From Marinibacterium sp. (GTDB lineage: Bacteria; Pseudomonadota; Alphaproteobacteria; Rhodobacterales; Rhodobacteraceae): a stretch of 64,000 nt of DNA. The position numbers and the translations under genes were made by a program. The stretch is from contig JAXMOA010000021.1 in assembly GCA_034670145.1 (NCBI GenBank), positions 6,240 to 70,239 of the forward strand. The letters are read 5' to 3'. The notes below the pieces were generated by a model. It made no database searches. It was not told the DNA's origin and saw only the letters and a program-made list of their open reading frames with translations. Every line of letters begins with the position of its first letter. Position 1 is the first letter of the stretch. Positions 58,301 to 64,000 of the stretch are shown here, piece by piece.

Positions 58301-58558
58301 GTCTACAGCGCCACGGGTGGGAGCCCCTATCAGCTGGATCATAACCAGGCCGTTCACACCCATTATTACGACTATGAGACAGGTCAGATTGACTATGAGC
58401 CCTACCATAGCACGGTCTTGGGATATGCCCTTGGGGCCGGGATGACGGGTTCTTATGATTACGTCGACTTTGGTAGCGGCGACCATGATACTTCGGGCTA
58501 CGACACTCTCTACGGCTATGATTATTATCAGGGCATCATATATGAGGCGGACGCCTAG
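55385..58558 (+). CDS. hypothetical 1,057-aa lysine-free, Tyr/Asp/Gly-rich protein made of eight tandem about 130-aa repeats
   Basis: Strong AAGGAGG at 55374-55380 (TTG 55385 or ATG 55391). The eight-repeat structure is conserved at protein level through synonymous codon differences. Candidate terminator lies about 150 nt downstream. Confidence 0.8.
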   Translation: MVMSGSTYYFYWTNGDDTYWGYTYDADESQGLSLDYQVDVTDEHGAAAYFYVTDVVSGDAENLGTDADDRTALTQYYDSLTGNYDVPSLYAVRGWSIPASSSVGGMLATSDTVNLGVSGNEEGRFGYNTSTGYYEEANGQPDATTYHFYWTNGDDHFYGYIYDADGSQGLYVGYTYELNDENGLPSSYRVFDSEAGNVYELSDDAGRFTNYYDAESDTTVTSFRYSGARVDPYDYFNSSGSETGTMESSTAYAWRTLGEFGEVLTVGLFGAGYEADDPSLGDVQHYTHYFYWYNGTDSFRGYTYDQNESQGLYEGYRFTSTDETGASGYYYVYESVLGNAEGLLDDYVAFTFYYDGEIEQYDYDPYYTTLNGYAGTAGMLAALDYVDFGDGDLLDGEFGYYGYYEAEASNGLTYAYFWSNGYDMYYGYTFDDDGSQGLSVGYTYSSTDENGLWGYYYVYSTTFNNTYNLDEDGAFHLFYYDGETGAYDYDPLLSTEDGQAAGSGMLGSFDYVDFGNGGYAGGDYGYYGYFEADDQNLSGTTYAYYWYNGFDCYYGYTFDSDGSQGLYDGYLHYTTDENGLSGYYYVYSSTDQNSHLLTEDAAFHDYYYDYATDTYDWDPYYSDGAGYAYGTGMLGSYDRVDFDNGDYTEGTYGDYGYYEAENVEEGFTFYYYWTNGYDSYRGYTFDLDGSQGLYEGYQYDATDENDYAGFYYVDAAEHGDVEGLGGDDLVAHQYYYDYETGLFDLDPVLTTTDGHAAGYGMLDSYDYVEFDDGDYITGLYGAHGYYEADEYGATYYYYWIDGDGQDYYYGYTFDGDGSQGLYAGYVWSVDDSQYADDDHSGYYYVYEAVYGNPNGLLEDYAVHQSYYDYESNQYDYDPEYTTLYGEAYGSGMIQSYDRVDFDDGDYTGGDYGNYGGEAENETGPGTTYSYIWSNGYDYYYGHVYDYYGDSSGLYVGYTVDAIEENGLDSYYYVYSATGGSPYQLDHNQAVHTHYYDYETGQIDYEPYHSTVLGYALGAGMTGSYDYVDFGSGDHDTSGYDTLYGYDYYQGIIYEADA
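55403..58555 (+). repeat. eight in-frame tandem coding repeats (378-426 bp each)
   Basis: Repeat units start at 55403, 55817, 56243, 56621, 57005, 57386, 57764 and 58163, each beginning T-[YHF]-x-[FY]-[YFI]-W. Unit lengths of 138, 142, 126, 128, 127, 126, 133 and 131 aa, plus a 6-aa leader, sum to 1,057. Confidence 0.9.
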
Positions 58559-58707
58559 CGTCCGGATTCATGGCCAACAGATGACGATTGCCTAAAAAGC
58601 GATCGCTGAAAGGAAGACCTTGGGGCAGCGCGCATATCGGGTTGCCACAGACCGCTAATCCTAGAGTCTGCCAAACATGATTTCGATCCGTTTGCGCGGT
58701 TTTCGGC

Positions 58708-58738
58708 CGGGGGTTCATGCATGAACCACCCCGGTTTT
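58708..58738 (+). terminator. candidate intrinsic terminator of the repeat-protein gene
   Basis: Core GGTTCA-tgca-TGAACC extended by G/C pairs with one bulge (ccggggGTTCATGCATGAACcaccccgg), followed by TTTT (58735-58738). Confidence 0.5.
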
Positions 58739-59181
58739 GCCAAAGACTGCTAAGTACGTATTTCTCCTCCACTTCGATCTTTGTGATGTAGCCTGGAGGC
58801 ACAGGCAGGCGCTCCTGGTTGAGCCAATCGCCCGATTGCAAGGTTTCCCATTCGACCTTGATCCTCCCCCACCGAATTGGTCCGCGCCCTTGGTTAGGCA
58901 ACGGAGGATCGGCAGAGCAATTGCCGGTTCCCACGCTCAAGCTCCCCGAGACGCGCCCGTTCCGCTGTCGTCACGTCATCACGCTTAAACATGCCCACGC
59001 TTTGGACACCAGATGCAGACGGCGAGGTTCACTTCGAATACATATTGCGAGCGCCAGATCAGCGCGATGCATCCTCGGAAATCGAAATTCCAGAAAGAAT
59101 TATACAGCAATGGACGAAAAGAAGGGACACTAGACCGCACCAAGACAGATACCAAAGTGCGCCACGCTTTCAAAAAAACCG

Positions 59182-60207
59182 TTAGCTTCTTCTGGCAATT
59201 GTATTCGCGATGATCGAGAGAAGAAGGCCAAGAGTGAAATATCCCAAGACAACTTCGCTGATAACAAGAATTTCTCCGTAAACGTTTTCGGCTGTGACGT
59301 CACCATATCCCAGCGTCGTGTATGTCACCAACGAGACGTAGAAAGGCGTAAACCAGCTCTGCGCAGAGTTGGAGTAATCCATCATCCCCCACCCTAGACG
59401 CATATCGAATAAGTAAATAACTCCGTAAAAAGTTGCGAGAATTAAGGCGTAAATGCCAACCTTTAGAAGACTTCGGCCATGATCAAAAAGCCCCCAGACC
59501 CTGAAAAGGACGGCCTCAAGTGACTTTGAAAAGCCCTTGGGCATCTCTGAAATCGAGGTTTCAAGTGTGTCTATATAATCTTGATCCTTTGCGTCGCGCA
59601 CAAAAAGCGCATTTCCATAAACAGAATCCAAACCCCGAATGCCCTGGTAACACCCACTCATGTCTTTAAAGCCGCCGTAGACAATTCCTGTCACATTCGC
59701 TCCTTCCAATCGAGCGGTCCGGAGGTACGCTCCGGCCACATTCGCGCGCTCCAGGCAGGCCTCACGAAGGTCGGCTTTCGCCAAGTTTGCGTTGCGCAGA
59801 TCCGCTCCGGTCAGGTCCACGCCAACAAGGTCAGCTCCTCGCAAATCCGCATATGTCAGGTCAGCCTCCGTCAAGTCCGCGCCCTTGAGGTTTACTCCTG
59901 TCATCGTGGCTGAGGTGAGTTTCGCCTTATACAGTCCGGCCAGCGACGCATTTGCGCCCGAAAGATCGGCCTTGGCCATATTGGCGTGTTTCAAGTTCGC
60001 AGATGACAAGTCTGCCTCGAAGAAATCGGCATCGGCAAGGTCATATCCGGACAGGTTTTGACCTGATAGGTCGGTGCCAGAAAGATCCGCACCAGCAAGA
60101 ACAAACGATGTGTCAGGATTCTGCGCCAAGAAACTCTCCCAGTCTGCAGAACCGCTTTTGAGGGCGCAAAGCGCCGCTTCAGTATCTAGATTGGGTTTGT
60201 TGGCCAT
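59182..60207 (-). CDS. pentapeptide-repeat domain fused to a 2-TM K+-channel pore domain
   Basis: aa about 36-175 are A(D/N)LxX pentapeptide repeats (ADLSGTDLSGQNLSGYDLADADFFEADLSSANL...). The C-terminus has TM1, pore helix and selectivity filter TTLGYGD (aa 297-303, nt 59299-59319), then TM2. Confidence 0.85.
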   Translation of the reverse strand: MANKPNLDTEAALCALKSGSADWESFLAQNPDTSFVLAGADLSGTDLSGQNLSGYDLADADFFEADLSSANLKHANMAKADLSGANASLAGLYKAKLTSATMTGVNLKGADLTEADLTYADLRGADLVGVDLTGADLRNANLAKADLREACLERANVAGAYLRTARLEGANVTGIVYGGFKDMSGCYQGIRGLDSVYGNALFVRDAKDQDYIDTLETSISEMPKGFSKSLEAVLFRVWGLFDHGRSLLKVGIYALILATFYGVIYLFDMRLGWGMMDYSNSAQSWFTPFYVSLVTYTTLGYGDVTAENVYGEILVISEVVLGYFTLGLLLSIIANTIARRS

Positions 60208-60233
60208 GCATACTTCATCCAGATTTCCGGGCT

Positions 60234-63200
60234 CTATTTCTGAACCAGCGAGAGAATTTTTTCCAATACACCCTCCACATCATCGCCAGACTTTTGAACG
60301 ACGTCGTGAACATTGCTTTGGAGACGTTGGCGATCTTCTGTGTTGAGCTCCATCGCCGTGACGATGACTATCGGGCTTTTGGCGGAGGGATGATCGCTTG
60401 ATCTAAGCTGCTCAAGAAATTCAAAGCCGTCCATGACCGGCATCATGAGATCAAGCAGGATAACTTCGAATTTTTGGGTTTGCGTCTTCTCCAGCGCAAT
60501 CTTTCCGTTCTCTGCCTCCTGGACATGCCAGTTCTCATTTTCGAGTGTGCGCACCATGGTTGCCCGTGCGGCCGGGTCGTCTTCGACCACCAGCGCCAGC
60601 CTGGTTTCGTTCGAGGCAAACTTTTTGACCAGGCCTGACAGTTTGGTCCGGTCAACGGGTTTTTGCAGCGATTCAACAGCGCCAAGCGAATAGCTCATTG
60701 CCTTGTTGCCAACCATCGAAACCATGACAACCGGGATATCCTTCAGGTTGGCGTCTGCTTTCAACCGGCGCAGGACGGTCCACCCGTCCATTCCAGGCAT
60801 CATGACGTCCAATGTGATCAGTGCGGGGTTGTGGCTGGCCGCGAGGGCCAGCCCCTCGACGCCGTTCTTGGCCAGAAGCACCGAACAGCCTTCGGCCTCC
60901 AGACGCCTTTTGAGAAGTTCCCGAGCCGAGGCCTCATCATCAATCACAAGAACTGTCTTTTGTTTGGGTGGCCCGTCGGGTGGCCGTGACAAACCGAAAT
61001 CGTCATCAGAGACGGATGCATGACCATCGAGCGCAGCCCCACTGACCCGCGCCTCGTCTTCAAGACCGGCATGCAGCTTCTCAACGTTCTTCGGAAGCGT
61101 AACGATGAAACGAGACCCCTGCCCGACCGTGCTTTCAACTCTGATTTCACCGCCCATCATTTCGCTAAACCGTTTCACGAGAGCCAGGCCAAGCCCCGTG
61201 CCGCCGTAATCGCGTGTTGTGGACTCATCTGCTTGAGAGAACTCAGAGAAGATATGTTCAATCTTGTCCTCAGGAATACCAATGCCTGTATCCGCAACGG
61301 TGAACCGTACAGCAGGGATGCTACCGATAGCGTCGGTCTTTGCAGAAACGGTTATCACGCCTTCTTTCGTGAACTTTGCGGCATTGGAAATCAGATTAAA
61401 AAGAATTTGCCGGACTTTCGTTACATCGCTGTGCACCGTGTCCAAGTCCTGATCAATATCGAGCACGAGTTCGTTCGCGTTCTTTTCGATCAGGCTTAAG
61501 GCTGTATCCGCCACATCTTTGGCGACGTCCTGTATTGCGAAGTCTTCCAGAAAAAGATCCATTTTTCCAGCTTCAATCTTGGAGAGATCCAGGACGTCGT
61601 TGATCAAAGACAGAAGGTGTTTTCCCGCGGCAGTGATCTTGTTCAAGTCCCCGAGCATTTCATCGAGACCGTCGTCTTCGGCGTCCTCAGCGAGCATCTC
61701 CGAGTAGCCAATGATCGCATTCATGGGGGTGCGCAGTTCATGGCTCATGTTCGCAAGAAAGGCACTCTTCGCTTCATTCGCCCGCTCGGCCTGTTGGCGC
61801 GCTTCCTCGGCTTGCCGCTCAAGCTCCAGCCGTTCCGTTATGTCCTCAACAAGTCCGATGTAAAAAATTTCATTGCCCACTTGAACTTCTTCGACGCGTG
61901 CCTCCAGTTTGAATACTGTTCCATCTTTCCGCATGGCGTTGACGATACGGCTTTGACCCACGACGTGTGAAGGCGCGCCATGCATTCGGCTTTCAAGATA
62001 TAGATCATGCTCAAGAGCAATCTCTTTTTCCATCAGGATTTTTATGTTCTTTCCTAGGACTTCGGAAGAATAGTAGCCAAAAATACCCTCAGCAGCCGAG
62101 CTGAATGTCTCAATCGTCCCCTTCTCGTTGATTGAAAGGATGCCGACCGGGCTCGCCTCGATAATTTTTGATATCCGCTGTTCACTGAACTCCAACTCAC
62201 CTTGGATCTCTTTCAGGTTTTCATTCTGCTCGAGAAGGGCAGCTTCGTTATGCTTGATCTTCGTGATGTCGGTGGCCACCCCGACAAGCCCGCCTCCGCT
62301 GATTGGCGTTGTCCGTATCTCAATCGTTCGGCCATCCAAGGTGTTGAGAACAACGCTGGACGAATGACCTTCGGATAGAGTTTCCAGCCGTGTGCGAACC
62401 AGGTGTTCCATGTCTCCGGTACCGTATTCTCCGTTCTCGGCGTGCCAACGAATGACATCTTCTTCCGGTTGGCCGGGTTCCACGAACCGCGAGGGCATCC
62501 CAAGCATTTCAGTGTAGCGCTGGTTGGCCAGGACATAGTTCATGTCGCCATCAAGCATGTAGATACCGTTCGACATTTTCGACAGTGCAAGCTCCAGCTG
62601 CGCTGAAGCATCGTTGAGCTCTGCGGTGCGGGCCAAAACAGTCTCTTCCAAGGTCAGTTTCTGGCTTTCAACTTCCTTCAGAGATCGGACCATGGATACA
62701 CGCAACGCCTCGAAATTCTGGGCTAAATCACCAATCTCGTCACGCGTCTGGACCTCAACCGGTGTATTCAACTCGCCCGAGGTGAGTTTTGCTGCACTGC
62801 CAGAAAGCAATCGCAGCGGTCGGGTTAGCGAGATCGAGAACAGATATGATGCATAAATTGCGATTGCCAAAACGATCGACGCGACCATGATCAGACGGTC
62901 AATCAGCTTGTCCGCATCTCTCAGGGCTTCGTCGCGATCAATTTCGCTCATAATGACCCAATCGAGCCCTGCCAAATCCAGTGGACGATAGGATGAAAGG
63001 ACTTCGACATCCCTGTAGTCGGGAAAGATCTCTGTTCCTGTCCGTCCGTCCAGAGCGGCCCGCGTCCCTGCGGTATTGACCTCTTGCAGACCGATGGAGC
63101 TGTTGGTTCGTTCAATTTGGTCTATGATTGAAGGCGCAAGACCGACATCCGCAACCATCTCGAAATACCTTTCCCGATCCTCGATCAGGAACCTCGACTG

Positions 63201-64000
63201 GTTGCGCAAGAGCATATCGCGGCCGACAAGATATGTTTCGCCACTTTGCCCCAGGCCGACATCGCTCCACGCCTCATTTGATGTCATGATCGCATTGATC
63301 CCGCTAAGCGGAAGTTGGACTGCAAGAACACCAATTATGGCTGATCCGTCATAGACGGGCAAAGCCGCAAAGGCCGCCGGTGCGCTGAAAGAGGGAATAT
63401 ACGGCTCAAAGTCAGCAAAAATGACCTCCCCCGGACTTGCGCTCATCGCCAAAGTGACTGCGCTTGCGAGGTTGGTATCGGCAAACGGCCCGTTGAAAAG
63501 GCTCGTTCCAAAATCAATCTCGCGCTCCACAGAATACACGATCCGGCCATCGTGAGGTTCAACAAGAAAGGCGTCATAAAAACCGAAGCGTTTCCTGAAC
63601 TCACTCATGTATTGATCGACGTCCGAGAACGCTGATCCAAATATCCCCTCAAATTGCACATCATTCAGCGTGCGTGGATTCGAAATGTAACGATTTTGCA
63701 GGAAAACTGTCAGAGGGTCCTGTGGCACAAGCAGATCAATGAAAGCTTCGTCTGCCTGCGACCCGACTGACGCCTCGTACCGGGGTAAGAACTGCTCCAA
63801 GTAATATTGGGTAAGTTGCTGTCGAGAGCCCAAAGCTTCGGGGGCGCTGGCCGTTCGGATATCGACGAGGCCCCGCCTGAGCTGCTGAAGAAGATCTTTC
63901 AAAGACCCACTCTCGGACGCAAATGTCATCTCATCGCGCACTTGCGAAAAATAACTCTCTATTTGCTGAGCCTTCAGTTCACGCACGGCGGTCAATCTTT
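60234..64000 (-). CDS. hybrid sensor histidine kinase (Cache-like sensor, HAMP, 2x PAS, HisKA, HATPase, 2x receiver); N-terminus outside the window
   Basis: H-box SHELRTPMNAI, G-boxes DTGIGI / GGTGLGL, two receiver domains (LITLDVMMPGMDG, VILLDLMMPVMDG). The extracytoplasmic domain lacks a preceding TM1 in-window, so the ATG at 63995 is probably internal. Confidence 0.88.
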   Translation of the reverse strand, partial: RLTAVRELKAQQIESYFSQVRDEMTFASESGSLKDLLQQLRRGLVDIRTASAPEALGSRQQLTQYYLEQFLPRYEASVGSQADEAFIDLLVPQDPLTVFLQNRYISNPRTLNDVQFEGIFGSAFSDVDQYMSEFRKRFGFYDAFLVEPHDGRIVYSVEREIDFGTSLFNGPFADTNLASAVTLAMSASPGEVIFADFEPYIPSFSAPAAFAALPVYDGSAIIGVLAVQLPLSGINAIMTSNEAWSDVGLGQSGETYLVGRDMLLRNQSRFLIEDRERYFEMVADVGLAPSIIDQIERTNSSIGLQEVNTAGTRAALDGRTGTEIFPDYRDVEVLSSYRPLDLAGLDWVIMSEIDRDEALRDADKLIDRLIMVASIVLAIAIYASYLFSISLTRPLRLLSGSAAKLTSGELNTPVEVQTRDEIGDLAQNFEALRVSMVRSLKEVESQKLTLEETVLARTAELNDASAQLELALSKMSNGIYMLDGDMNYVLANQRYTEMLGMPSRFVEPGQPEEDVIRWHAENGEYGTGDMEHLVRTRLETLSEGHSSSVVLNTLDGRTIEIRTTPISGGGLVGVATDITKIKHNEAALLEQNENLKEIQGELEFSEQRISKIIEASPVGILSINEKGTIETFSSAAEGIFGYYSSEVLGKNIKILMEKEIALEHDLYLESRMHGAPSHVVGQSRIVNAMRKDGTVFKLEARVEEVQVGNEIFYIGLVEDITERLELERQAEEARQQAERANEAKSAFLANMSHELRTPMNAIIGYSEMLAEDAEDDGLDEMLGDLNKITAAGKHLLSLINDVLDLSKIEAGKMDLFLEDFAIQDVAKDVADTALSLIEKNANELVLDIDQDLDTVHSDVTKVRQILFNLISNAAKFTKEGVITVSAKTDAIGSIPAVRFTVADTGIGIPEDKIEHIFSEFSQADESTTRDYGGTGLGLALVKRFSEMMGGEIRVESTVGQGSRFIVTLPKNVEKLHAGLEDEARVSGAALDGHASVSDDDFGLSRPPDGPPKQKTVLVIDDEASARELLKRRLEAEGCSVLLAKNGVEGLALAASHNPALITLDVMMPGMDGWTVLRRLKADANLKDIPVVMVSMVGNKAMSYSLGAVESLQKPVDRTKLSGLVKKFASNETRLALVVEDDPAARATMVRTLENENWHVQEAENGKIALEKTQTQKFEVILLDLMMPVMDGFEFLEQLRSSDHPSAKSPIVIVTAMELNTEDRQRLQSNVHDVVQKSGDDVEGVLEKILSLVQK

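Noticed and set aside
55403-58555. The tandem DNA repeats might be a CRISPR array, a satellite, or Rhs/YD or RTX repeats.
   Set aside because: - **Not CRISPR or satellite:** the period is 378-426 bp, in-frame, and diverged at synonymous sites.
- **Not Rhs/YD:** YD-like dipeptides (GYTFDxDG, YDYDP) are present, but the unit is about 130 aa rather than the about 20-aa Rhs/YD repeat. No Rhs core or toxin tip is visible.
- **Not RTX:** there are no GGxGxD nonapeptides.
- A remote relationship cannot be excluded without profile searches.
58900-59000. A possible IS3-family transposase OrfA remnant (minus-strand frame ..FKRDDVTTAERARLGELERGNRQLLCRSSVA*).
   Set aside because: The match is only about 20 residues of vague similarity, bounded by stop codons. 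There are no inverted repeats, no OrfB and no frameshift motif. This is too weak to call a mobile-element relic.

Overview
The window looks like chromosomal DNA from a high-GC (about 58-60 %) alphaproteobacterium. A marine Rhodobacteraceae-like origin is my guess from gene content, not a verified result.

Coding density is about 90 %. I support 54 protein-coding genes and one tRNA-Gln(UUG). I saw no rRNA, no CRISPR array and no intact mobile element.

Most of the window is transporter and catabolic content:
- an amino-acid ABC system co-transcribed with a carboxymuconolactone-decarboxylase-family (CMD-family) protein and a Rieske oxygenase
- ilvD plus a fused indolepyruvate:ferredoxin oxidoreductase
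- a peptide (Dpp/Opp-type) ABC operon
- a DeoR-led sugar-phosphate-type ABC operon ending in a metallophosphodiesterase and a Na/Pi cotransporter
- an RtcB-PrfH pair
- a four-gene tetronate (L-threonate/D-erythronate) catabolic operon with a LacI regulator
- haloalkane dehalogenase, gamma-glutamyltransferase, rpiB
- a self-sufficient P450-reductase fusion with an SDR
- a GcvT-family enzyme

Two AT-richer patches stand out:
- **About 5.5-8.4 kb:** an 18 % lysine coiled-coil protein followed by a LuxR-HTH/alpha-beta-hydrolase fusion.
- **About 52.5-64 kb:** a P4H-like 2OG oxygenase, three small or secreted unknowns, and the most unusual object in the window. Convergent to these are a pentapeptide-repeat/K+-channel fusion and a Cache-HAMP-PAS-PAS hybrid histidine kinase.

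The most unusual object is a 1,057-aa protein (55385-58558). It has no lysine, is rich in Tyr/Asp/Gly, and is built from eight ~130-aa tandem repeats. I cannot assign it to any family.

All functional calls come from motif and family recognition by eye. No database search was possible.
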